From the human T2T-CHM13v2.0 reference genome, Homo sapiens: a stretch of DNA of 64,000 nucleotides. Below are positions 48,112 to 64,000 of the stretch, one piece after another. The notes under the pieces are model-generated. The model was not told the DNA's origin and searched no databases. It worked only from the letters and a program-made list of their open reading frames with translations. The stretch's first letter is position 1; every line of letters begins with the position of its first letter. The stretch is taken from NCBI RefSeq assembly GCF_009914755.1, contig NC_060942.1; one strand, given 5' to 3'. The position numbers and the translations under genes were made by a program.

Positions 48112-50833
48112 CTATCCCTATGCCAATGCCACACTATCTTAATTGTATCATTGTAGTAAGTTTTAAAATAAGGAAGTGAAATTCCTCCAAATTTGTTCTT
48201 TTATTCAAGATTGTTTTGGTTACTCTGGGGTACTTTAAATTTCCATATGAATTTTATCACCTTGTCAATTTCTGCAAAGAAGCCAGCTAGGATTTTAATA
48301 GAGATTATGTTGAATCTATAGATCAATTTTAAAATATATATTCTATCTTTTTACTTACTTTATATGAGGAGACACTGTCGTATCTTCCTTTATTTCTTTA
48401 ATCATGGTTTTCTTTAGTTTTTAAAATATATTTATAATGGCTGCTTTGAAATCAGTTAAATCTGACACCTGTACCTTCTCAAAGATAATTTCTGTTGTCT
48501 TCCTTTTTTTTTCTTGTATATGGTTTATACTTTACTGATTGTTGTTGTTTGGCAAGAGTTACAATTTTTATTAAAAAAACAGACTTTTAGATATTGTAGC
48601 AATTTTGCATACCGATTTTTCCCTTCCCTTCTTCCCTCCTAGGCTTGTTGCTATTTGCTTATTTATTTATTTAGTAAGTTGGCTGTACTATTTTAGTGAA
48701 GTCTATTTCCCTCATAGTATAAAGCTTCTGATGTCATTCTTCAGAGGACACAGACTTGGTCACATGCACAGTCACCCTGGGATGACAGTAGTTTAGTAGG
48801 GCACTTTCAACTATCTTTTTCCTTAATCTTTCTGTTAAGCTGTCTGCCTTTGTTTGAGTCACAACCAGCTCTTAGGCTGTACTAATTACCAATCAAATTC
48901 TTTATTGTGTTCAATAGTACCCTATGGATTAATTGCTCCACTGGTTGATCCTGTTAAATTCAGACACATTTGCAGGGATAGTTTTTGAAGCCAGTCTTTG
49001 AGGTTTGTTCTGATTCTAGGAGGGTTCTTCTTAGCTATCTCTTTTTTCAGTCCTCTCTGGTAAACTGGCTGGTCTATAATTTAGCTTGCTGCTCTCATGG
49101 AGCTACTGCTTCCTCTTAATTGCTTATCACCAAACTCTCCATTGTTTTTGAGAGTGGTCTTAGGCTTGAACTCCCTGACACTGTGCTCCAAATAAAGTCA
49201 GTTTCTTTGGGGAGAGTTTCAGAGTTCTCTGTCCTTACGGCCTGACTCTACCACTAGGAAAAATCTCTGAGTACCTGCTTCAGACCTAAGGGTAGGGACA
49301 GTGGGTCACTTTTCTTGGAGTAGCATCGTTGCTTTATGAGTGGGTTGGTGGATATGGGTGGTAGTCTCTGGTCTTCTCACCTTCTCTCTCCCAACTTAAA
49401 ACCACTACCCTGTGAGCAAATGAGGGCCAGGACATGGGCCCAATATCAGATTGCCATGACTATGGTAGCACTACCTTCCTATGAGTGAAGAAGTGATGAA
49501 AGAAGAGAGCCTCTGACTTTTTGGGTGGATTAACCTATAATTTAGCCTCTGTAACAAAGAACATGGAGAAAGAGGATGAGAGATGCTGGCAAACTTTCTC
49601 TCCCAGAAAGATACCCTAGCCCTTGACTGGGAGCTTTGAGGAAAAGGAGTCTCATCTTTTTGGCCATGCCTACCTAGGGCCAGGCTTCCATCATGCTGGG
49701 CTGATGGGAAGGGAGGGAACAGGTTATGCCCAAGTGCCACAGAGTCTTGCTGTCTGTAGTGAGATTAGGTAGATTTTCTTGAATGTTTGTTTGTTTGCTG
49801 TATGACTTAGGACAAGTTTCAGAGACTTTCAGTGGTCATTGTTTCATAATTTTCACCAGTTTTGGTTGTTTTGTCAGGGGATGAATCCAAGGAGTGGTGG
49901 CCTCGTATCATCATTCTGGGTGTCATCTGACTGTTCATTTTTATGTACTTACTTATTTGAGACAGGGTCTCACTCTGTGACTTAGGCTGGAGTGCAGTGG
50001 CAATCATAGCTCACTGCAGCCTCAAATACCTGGGCTTAAGCTATCATCTCACCTCAGCATCCTAAGTAGCTGGAACTATAGGCACATGCCACCATGCCTG
50101 GATTAAAAAAAAATTTTTGTGGGTGGAAATGGGATCTTGCTATGTTGCCCAGGCTGGTTTCAAGTTCCTGGCCTCTAGTGGTCCTCCCACCTCAGCCTCC
50201 CAAAGTGCTGGGATTATAGGCAGGAGCCACTGTGCCCAGTCTGTTCATATTTTAAAATTCTCTTGTTCCTCTGGGTTTCATTATTGGTAATTCCTATTTT
50301 TATGTCTTCAAGTTCAGTAATCTTTTCTTACGTAATGTCTAGCTAGTCTTTATTTTATTTTTTAAATTTGTTTTTATAGGCAGGACCAACCAGGTAATTA
50401 ATCTGCCTTTAATTCTAGCCAGTGAATTTTTCATATTGAACATTGCAGTTTTCATCTATAGAAGCTTGCTTTGAGTCTTTTTGATATTTTCCTTGTCTCT
50501 ACTTACCTTTTGAACATATGTAATACAGTTTAGTGCCTTGTCTTCTAATTCTAACATCTGTGTCAGTTAAGGATCAAATTTAATTTGTTTTTCTCATTAT
50601 AGGTTGTATTCTCAGGGATCTTTGCTTGACTGGTAATTTTTGATTGGATGCCAGACTTTATGAATTTTACTTGGTAGGGTGATGGACATTTTTATGTTTA
50701 TATAAATATTTGTTCTAGAACACAATTATGTCACTTGTAAACAATTTGATATTTTCAGGTCTTTCTTTTTGAATTAGTTCGGCAGGACTGATTAGCATTT
50801 AGTCTAATTATTCCCTTGTACTATGTACCATCC

Positions 50834-51248
50834 CGTTAAAAGGAAAACTTTAGGCAAATTAAATTGAGCAGAGTTTAATTGAGCAAAGAATGATTCATGA
50901 ATTGGGCATCCCCCAGAACCAGCAGCGCAACTCCAGGGCCACCATGTGGCCGGATAACATTTATGGACAGTAAAAGGGCAGTGACTTACAGAAAATGGAG
51001 GTGAAGCACAGAAACAGCTGGCTGGCGACAGTTTGGCACTTAGTTAAACATGGTTTCAACAGTTGGCTGCCTTTGAGTGGCCAAAATTCGGCTGCTATAA
51101 TTGGCTGAGGCTTGACTACTTGTTACAGGAGTGCCTTACAATCTGGTCACATGTCCAGTTAGGCTACAGTTCTCTGTGTATGGAAAAACATTTAGCCTGA
51201 ACTTAAAATATGTAAGGAGGTAGCTTTAGGCTTAACTTAGTTTAACAC
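50834..51248 (-). mobile_element. MER57-like (ERV1) solo LTR
   Basis: Reverse-complement homologous to 56942-57325; ends ttagtttaaca. Confidence 0.75.
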
Positions 51249-53257
51249 TACTAATGTCAATGAACTATGAGGTTTTCTGGTCTGGCTGGTGGGAATAAGC
51301 ACGATTCCTTGCTCTGAGTGAGCACTGTAAACCTCCAATCCTTTCAAGTGGCTCTCTCCCTTGTCTCTGATGACGCCTGCGCATGAATGTGCTGGTCAGT
51401 AGGTCCTCTGATGAATATTCAAGGATCCTCTGCAGATCTCCCAAGTCCTCTCTTTATGGAGCTCTCTCTTCTCTGGTGCTGATTCCCATGAACTCTAGCT
51501 GCCTTGATCTCCTGACTCTCACCTCTGTCTCCTCAAGTCAGGGATCTACCAGGCTTTGCCTCTGTTCTCCACTCTGCACCACAGCCTGGAAACTGTCTCA
51601 AGGCCACAAGATGGGGCAGTAGCTTAGGGATCACTCATTGTCCTTCGTTGCCTAAATCCATGTTTTGAAACTTTTTTTTTTAAGTCTCATCTTTTGTTGT
51701 TGTTACTGTTTCAGGCAAGAACACAAATCTGGCCCCTGTTACTGCATTTTGGCCAGAGGAAGGAGTCTAGAGTCCCCCTTTCAATGTCTATATTTCTCTC
51801 AGAATCCAGTAAATGGAACTACATTAGATCTACATGCTAGTAAGAAAGCATAAAACATAGATAGTAAGATTATTTATGTATAAATAAGAAAAGCACTCAG
51901 ACAAACACATTACTTCAAGATGTCAAAAACCAAGTGCAAATAGCTGCTCTGGATAAATTCTAACCTTTCCTGGTGGGCTGCATTTTCTGGAAAGATCGCC
52001 CCAGCTGAAGGAAGAAAAGGGATATAGGAATCACCTAAAACATTCAATAAGAACAGGCACAACTGTCTCAAACTTCCTTTTTATCTGTGGTGTGTCCTTC
52101 CTCTCTCTCTCCCTCCTTCTCTCCTAAAATTGCCGAATCTCAAACTGGCTTTTGGGCAACAAGGAAGACTAAAGTGTTTCTGTTAGTAGCTGAGAATTTG
52201 GTTTTACTTCAAGCGTATCTCTTTAAGTAAAATAATACTATGAAAGCAAAACATATCAGTATTTCAAAATGTTTCTGTTTCAAAACCCAAACAACAATCT
52301 TTGAATACTTAACTTTCATAATTCTGTTTTTACCAGATGCTGGAAAACATTGAAACCAAACCAATCCCCCAGAAATGTGTTCCTAACCACAACTCCGTGT
52401 AGGCAGACAGACAGAAGTTATGTCAGTTCCTGGAAAAGAAAGGCTTAGGCGCCACATTTAACCATTTCACCTTCTTGGTTCGTTTGTTCTTGGTCTGTCT
52501 CTCTTCGGAGGTAGCGAAGGCCAGGTGTTAGACACATCAGTCCTCTTTCTGCCTCGGTTTGGACTGGGCTTCTGGATTCTTACTGGTCTGCCCTGGGTTT
52601 CCTGGAGGCCTTTCTCTGGCTCCTAATCTCTTCTCAGCTGTGCCCAGGAAGAGTGGGTGTCCCTGGGTTCTTTCCATGTTGGCCTGACCCCAGCAGAGCC
52701 GGAGGCTTAGCTGCAATGTGCACTGTGACGTGGTGAAGCACTCCCTTTGTGTCCTATTTTGAGACTCCTCTCTCATGGTTCCTGGTTCTGGGTGCCCTCT
52801 GCTCTAAGTGTCCCACTCCAGGGGACTCCTTCTCTCTGCACAGTCCACATGCACTGCAGGAGATACCCAGATCCAGCCTCTTCGTTTGCATGTGACTACA
52901 ACTGTGGTAGGTAAATTTCAGGAGTGGTGTCCTGGTCAGGTCCTGCAGTGGAGACAGGAGAGGCAGAGAAGGCCAGCCTGTAGACAGAAAGAACAGAAGA
53001 GAAAAAGGAGGAGGACTTTGCACTTCTGAAGCAAGCCCCTTCCTGACACCCAGATGTTTCATCTCCTTGACGTTAGGAGATATCATTGAAGCTGCTCGAT
53101 AACTGTCTCCTCTCAGCTACCATTTTTTTCTGGCCTAATCTAGCTCTCCAGTTGGTTCCTATTACATGGCACAGTTATTATTTTTAAAAAATCAATTCTA
53201 ATTGCTTGGGGGAAGTTAATGATGTCATATTTTCTAGGTTTTGAAAGTTATGTGCTA

Positions 53258-53562
53258 GGCCGGGCTTGGTGGCTCACGCCTGTAATCCTAGCACTTTAGG
53301 AGGCTAAGGCGGGCACATCACCTGAGGTCAGGAGTTCAAGAACAGCCTGACGAATATAGTGAAACCCTGTCTCTACTAAGAATACAAAAATTAGCCAGGC
53401 ATGGTGGAGCGTATCTGGAACCGCAGCTACTCATGAGGCTGAAGCTGAAGAATCACTTGAACCCGGGGGGCAGAGGTTGCAATGAGCCAAGATCGTGCCA
53501 CTGCACTCCAGCCTGGGTGACAGAACAAGACTCTGTCTCAAAAAAAAAAAAAAAAAAAAAAA
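53258..53562 (+). mobile_element. Alu
   Basis: TSD AAAGTTATGTGCT. Confidence 0.95.
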
Positions 53563-53759
53563 AGTTATGTGCTGGAAAAGTGCTATCCAATAAGAATACA
53601 ATGTGAGTCATATGTTACTTTAAATTATCTAATAGCCACATTTGAAAAAGTAAAATTAAGCAGGTTAAACTCATCTTAATAATGTATTTTACTTAACCCA
53701 ATATATCCAAGATGAGAAAAAAACATCTGGGCCTTCAAACTGTGTTCTATTATCAATTC

Positions 53760-55147
<1,388 letters not shown>

Positions 55148-55779
55148 TCAAAAGCAGTTGACATGTAGTGGATGTTCAACAAACATTCTCCTTGTCCTTC
55201 TCATAACTGAGACACGAGGATAATACACATTACAATCTACATTTTTCTAGGTATAAATTTTTGTTCACAGAGCTGTTCAATATATAGTGTCTTCAATGGC
55301 ATATTCTAATGAGATGTGATACATCATCGGAGGACCTTGATTCAAATCCCACCTGCCATTTGCAAAATATTTGTCCTTGAATGAGTTCCTTGAGGTATCT
55401 GAAATTTGGTTTCTCATCTCCCAACAGCAAGGTATTACTAGCTTCCCCACGGGGTTATTGTGAGGGTTAAAAATGATGCACACGCGCGTCAGGGGCTTTG
55501 TTTGCAAGTGAAAAGCTCAACCTCAACAAGCCTAAGCTCCGAGGGGGAGTTTATTGGCACGTGCTGAGGCAAGGCAGAGGTGATCTGGTCCTGGGGAACA
55601 GCTGCAACCTTGGACTTAGACACTCTATTTCCTCTGTCTCTCGGATCCGTAACCAGGTGTTGGCACTTCTGTTCTGCTCAAACAGTTACCAAGAAAAGGG
55701 CCAGACCTGGGTTCCCGAGGCTTAAAACTCTCCAGTATGAATGCTGTCTCCTCTTGAGTTTTCACAGCCCTGACCATGC

Positions 55780-56010
55780 TCCCTAAAGCAGCTTTCATGC
55801 GCATGCGCCATCGCTCATGCGGGATGTGGGTGTGGTCATCACAGACCTTCCCACCTCTAAGAAATGGGGAAATGGAAGCGACACTGAGCTCTCCTGGATT
55901 GACTTGGATATATCAATTCTTTCTCTCCTCGGTGTGCACTCTTTCTCAACAGATGCATCGCTGAGAGGCTAACCCGGAGGTTCAGTCCCACTGAGTCATC
56001 AACTCAGTGT
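55780..56010. promoter_or_regulatory. Candidate regulatory element with NRF1 and AP-1 motifs
   Basis: TGCGCATGCGC at 55798-55808; TGAGTCA at 55992-55998. Confidence 0.35.
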
Positions 56011-56089
56011 GTTCAGTCATGCCCTTGCCTTTATGCAGATAAATCCAAGTCAGCCTGTTCGGTTTTTCTTATGCATAAGAGAAAAAATA

Positions 56090-56416
56090 TACAGTCATGC
56101 ATTGCTTACCAATGGGAATATGATCTGGGAAATGTGTCCTTAGGCGATTTTATCATTGTGCGAACATCATAGGGTGTACTTAGGCAAACCTAGATAGTAC
56201 TATGTGGTATAGCCTACTGCTCCTAAAGTACAAACCTGCAGCAGATTACTGTCCTGAATACTGTGGGCAGTTGTAACACAATGGTAAGTATTTGTGCATC
56301 TAAGCATATCTCAACATAGGAAAAATGCAGTAAAAATACAGTATTATAATTTTGGGAACACCGTCATTTATGCAGCCCATTGTGGACTAAAATATTGTTA
56401 TGCGGTGCATGACTAC
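56090..56416. mobile_element. Tigger3-like DNA transposon relic
   Basis: Inverted termini tacagtcatgca...tgcatgacta. Confidence 0.8.
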
Positions 56417-56497
56417 ATACATGCACATGTTTATCTATTATTTATAAATGCATAGTGAATAGTTTTTCTTCTGACTCATTGAAATCCCTGAAACTCA

Positions 56498-56914
56498 TTT
56501 TTTAAAAAATTTAACTTCAAGTTCCGGGATACATGTGCAGAACGTGCAGGTTTGTTACATAGGTATACATGTGCCATGGTGGTTTGCTGCACCTATCAAC
56601 CTGTCACCTAGGTTTTAAGCCCCAAATGCATTAGCTATTTGTCCCGATGCTCTCCCTCCCCTTGGCCCTCCCCCAACAGGCCCCGGTGTGTGCTGTTCCC
56701 CTCCTCAAGTCTATGTGTTCTCATTGTTCAGCTCCCACTTATAAGTGAGAACATGCGGTGTTTGGTTTTCTACTCCTATGTTAGTCTGCCAAGGATCATG
56801 GCTTCCAGCTTGATCCATGTCCCTGCAAAGGACATGATCTCGTTCCTTTTTATGGCTGCATAGTATTCCTGGCATATATACACCACATTTTCTTTATCCA
56901 GTCTATCATTGATG
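56498..56914 (-). mobile_element. L1PA 3' end fragment
   Basis: gggatacatgtgcagaacgtgcaggtttgttacatagg; TSD AATCCCTGAAA. Confidence 0.93.
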
Positions 56915-56941
56915 AATCCCTGAAATTGTTATTCTTATTAA

Positions 56942-58170
<1,229 letters not shown>

Positions 58171-59062
58171 ATGAATAACTTTGGTTATTTCTTGCATATA
58201 TCATGGTATTTAAAGTCACAAGCTTTGGATCTAGGACAAATGTGACTTTCAATCCTGGTTTCATTGCTGCCTCACTGACATTTCAGGTTAACCTCTCCCT
58301 TCAGGCTTGGTTTCCCTACTGAATTACCTCACATATGATCTGATTTGCACCAACAGTCCTGTGAAGTATTAATAACCACAATTTATGCAGAGACATCTGG
58401 AGCACATATGCTTGCTGATTTGTTTCATTATTTATTTGTATGTTCATTCTGGCCATGACCCCAGTCTTCCAGAAAAGCCAAAATCCCAGACTTCTATAAG
58501 AAATCAGTAATATGTAAAGGAACAAAGCAGAACAAAGACACCTAAAACTGAATATAAACAGAAACAAATAAATCTAACTGTACATCAAATGATTACATCA
58601 CCACACAGAAATAATAAATAACTAAATTAGCCTCTGAACCCCGTGCTCTGATTGTACAGCCTTGGTAGATAGAAAGAAAAAAAAGACTGTGGAGAAATTT
58701 TGAATTTACTTGGTAGTTTCATTGTTGGAAGTGGCATTGGTTGAGTGATACTGAAATTATTTTCTGTATATTGAGGGATAGATAAGTTACATGTTGTAGG
58801 GAGCCAGGGTTCTCCCTGAGGGGAGAGGGAAATACCAGTAGGTCATAGTGAGAAAGAAGAGCTGTGGTTGTATTAGTGTGGGCTCATAATTGTTGTTTTA
58901 ATCTTATCCATTGAAAGGGCCTATATACCCTCTCCAATATCATTGAAATACCTAGCACAAAAATCTTGATGTCTAAATACCATTTCCCATTAAAAGGAAT
59001 CATAGGACCTTAGAGAAATAGCTGACAGCTATAACTGACTGGTAAAGTAAAAGGTGATCTGA

Positions 59063-60563
<1,501 letters not shown>

Positions 60564-61912
60564 GTTTTAAAGACTATTATTAAGACAGATGGAGAAATGT
60601 GACTATAGAGTGTCTATTGGATGACATTAATTAATGTATTAATATCAATGTGAAATATCTTGGGAGTGATAATGTTACTATAGTTTTATACGAGAATGTT
60701 TATGTTTATGGGACATACATGCTGAAGTATTTATGGGTGAAATGTGATGAGAACTCTAATTTATTTGTAAAAGGTTCAACCAAAAATGTATGTGTGGTTT
60801 AGCCATATATCTATATCTATACAGAGAGAAAGAGAAAGCAAAGGTGGCAAATGTGATCAATTGGTGAATGTAAGTGAAGGGTATCTGAATGATTTGTTCT
60901 ATTTTTTCCATTCCTCTGTAGCTTTGAAAAATTTCAAAATAAAAAGTTGGGGCAAAACTACAAGGTGACTTCTGGTATAATACTGCCAATACTACCAATC
61001 TCCTTTCTGGCAGCAGCCGCCTGGCTAGAACATTAGAGTGGGTCCAGAGAGCCTCTAGAGAGAGACCATATTGCTTTTCCCTGCTTGTTCACATAAAGTT
61101 TTAAGACAGACTGTAAAGTTTGTTGGAAATAAGTTCAGTCCTACAGTCCAGAATCCAGAGTTGGAAAGGGGCTTAAAGTCATATAGTTCAGTAGTTGCAG
61201 ACTCTTGGATTTTACACACTAATATAAGTTAAAAAGATATGTATGTATACACACACACAGAACAAAATAAAACAAAAAATGAAGGGGCTGACCTCAAGTT
61301 GCTAATCCACTTTGTCTAGTAATGACTGACATAAAAATTTAAAAAACCCATCTATCATTCTGTTTTCATACTTATGTCATTAAAAATGTCATTTTTACCA
61401 CAAAAAGGCAATCTATTATTCTCAGAGTTAAGTTTTTAAAAAATTGGCCGCATTCAGCCCTGCGAACACACACCTTGTCCTTCTTCCCTTCCTTCTTTCC
61501 TTCCTTTATTGACAAATAAAAACTATATAGTTATGGTGTACAACATGATGTTTTGATATATGTATACATTGTGGAATGGTGAAATCAAGCTAATATATCC
61601 TTCACTTTATATGCCTATTGTTTTTTTTGGGTGAGACTATTTAAGATCTATTCCAAGCAGTGTTTAAGCATAAGATCCATTGCTGTTAACTATGTAGTCA
61701 GCACATTGCCCAGCAGGTCTCTAGCTCACTCGTGGGTCAGGCTGGACAGGAAAGGGGTGGCAGGCTGCTGAGTCGCCACATAGGTTCTGGGGAGCAATTC
61801 CTCCTATGGAGGTCATGTGGCTGACGTCCTGACAGGTGGCAAGTCGGCCCCTAGAGGAGGAGGACAGCTAACTCCTTTCCCCAGAAGCTCTTTCACCTGG
61901 ACATCTCTGTCA

Positions 61913-62281
<369 letters not shown>

Positions 62282-63519
62282 TTAGTTAATCTGCCATGTG
62301 GAGCTTCTCAGAATTTCGAGGCACTTCAATTTTGCTCCCCAAGTAAGGTCAGGTATGAATACGAAAAGAAGTAATCCAGGAGCTGATCCTTCTATTCTTT
62401 GATGAGTATGCTTGCACTATTTGAAGGTTGCTGTTATGCTTTCCTTAATCCTCTCCAGATGGAACATACCAGTCTTTCAAAGATTCTTCTTAGTCTGGTG
62501 ACAGGTGATGTGTTACATATTTCTTGGTCAGCCACAAGGTGCCAGGACTAGCATGGTGCTAGGTTACCTGTGGGGCCCTGTGGTGTCTCCACGGCATTGC
62601 AGTGACATGCTCAGTGAAGGGGACCTGTTAGGCATTTCATGAGTGGCTCAGAGATCCTCAGTGAGGGGATGTGGCTGTCTTCATGAGAGGCACCAATGAC
62701 AGCCGTGTCCTCAGACTCTTGCTCCCACAGGGTCACACATCTGTGTCTCTCTCTGCACATTGGCTCCAGGCCCTCTCTCACCTCATGCCTGAGACCCACC
62801 CCACAGCACCTGAGTCTACATCACCTTAGTTCCAGTTGCACATAGAAGCCAAGTGGACCCTCAGGACCTCAGGTCCAAATTCCTGCAAGAGAATTTCACT
62901 GGTGTGCCTTGGATCAGACATTTACCCATGCCTACCTGTGGCCAAGCAGTTGGGGTAGTAGTAAAGCAGTATCTGCCAGGTCTCCTGCCCCACCCTCCCC
63001 CTTTTTTTTTTTTTAGAAGGAGCATTCTTCGGAGGAAAGAGTTTTTCTGAACTGGGCAGAGTCTTCATGAAAGCATCTGCTATAAGATTCTTTAACTTAT
63101 GACTCTGTAAATATAGAAAAAGGAATAAATAGGAAAAATTGGACTCACTTTGGAATGGTACACTCAGTGTATCAAACAATTAAACAGAAACACCACACAC
63201 AGTCTGTGGCTGGCCCCGACGGCGGCTGGGAGGATGACAACTGTCCCGCCCTTCCTGCTAAGCCTGTCTTTCCTTTTGCTTAATCTCTGGTGGGGTCCAA
63301 CATGCTGATCTCTGCTGGAATGGGCCCAGGCATTAGGATTAAAGCAAATTTCAGGGATTTCCATAGACACTTTATCTGTTAATTCTCAAAAGGCACTCAA
63401 CAGTTGTCTCCTTAGTTCTAGTTGGCGCGTGTGTGAGTTACGTCGCAAGGCTGGAAGGCAGGAGGTTTGCATGCTTTCAGAATGCCCTGCGTGTGCATGT
63501 GGCAGGTCCTCATTATTCC

Positions 63520-63953
63520 TGTTAGTCCAAACTGCACCATTTTGTAAGCTCCCTGCTATTTTGCAGGCCTTGGTCAAAGTGAAACATTTCACAAGGGTTT
63601 GGGCCACAAGAAGCATCCTGCCTAACCACCTGACCACAAGGCAGACAGGCAAAGACCCAACTAAAGAAACACCCCTATCATATTCTGCTGGGAGAAAGGG
63701 CAAGGAACACCACATTCTGCCAGAACAAGGGCCAGAACCGCCTCATCATGGGAACATTTTATCAACATCCTGCCAGGCAGCAAGCCATACTGCCCAGACC
63801 CCTTCCACCCATACTTATAAGTATCCCCGGCCTGTAAGCAGTGGTGGGCTCTGGTGTTAAGCTGGTCCCCACTTCCGCAGGTGTCTGTTTAAGCTGCCCT
63901 CTCCCTCTGTGTGTGTCTTTCTTTCACCCTCGCCTTCCCTTCAAAACCTGACA
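63520..63953 (+). mobile_element. ERV1-class solo LTR (subfamily not determined)
   Basis: TG...CA termini (tgttagtcc...cctgaca), near-TSD ttcc/gtcc, TATA-like cttataag at about 63815. Confidence 0.65.
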
Positions 63954-64000
63954 GTCCCGGTGGTGGGCCTTCCCTGTTTGTGCTGTGTTTTCTCTTTTTC

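Overview
Primate (human-like) nuclear genomic DNA, very repeat-rich. It carries roughly 45-50 Alu copies or fragments, old L1M/L2/MIR remnants, two 3' L1PA fragments, several solo LTRs (MaLR, MLT2, LTR12/ERV9, MER57-like), DNA-transposon relics (MER5A, MER2, Tigger3) and microsatellites. The only gene-derived sequence I recognise with confidence is a processed KRT18 pseudogene (45601-46976, minus strand) with poly(A), target-site duplication and frameshifts, inserted in an old L1. The most interesting unexplained signal is a set of splice-site-bounded unique segments on the minus strand (16723-16580, 15665-15308, 11181-11151, 1088-834). They join in matching phases into a stop-free 262-codon frame that I cannot assign to a known gene, and further upstream candidate exons contain disabling lesions. 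An antisense plus-strand two-exon ORF overlaps the largest of these segments. There are no prokaryotic features (CRISPR, operons) and I saw no rRNA or tRNA. Repeat subfamily names are from memory of consensus ends, repeat boundaries are approximate, and I could not place the locus on a chromosome.
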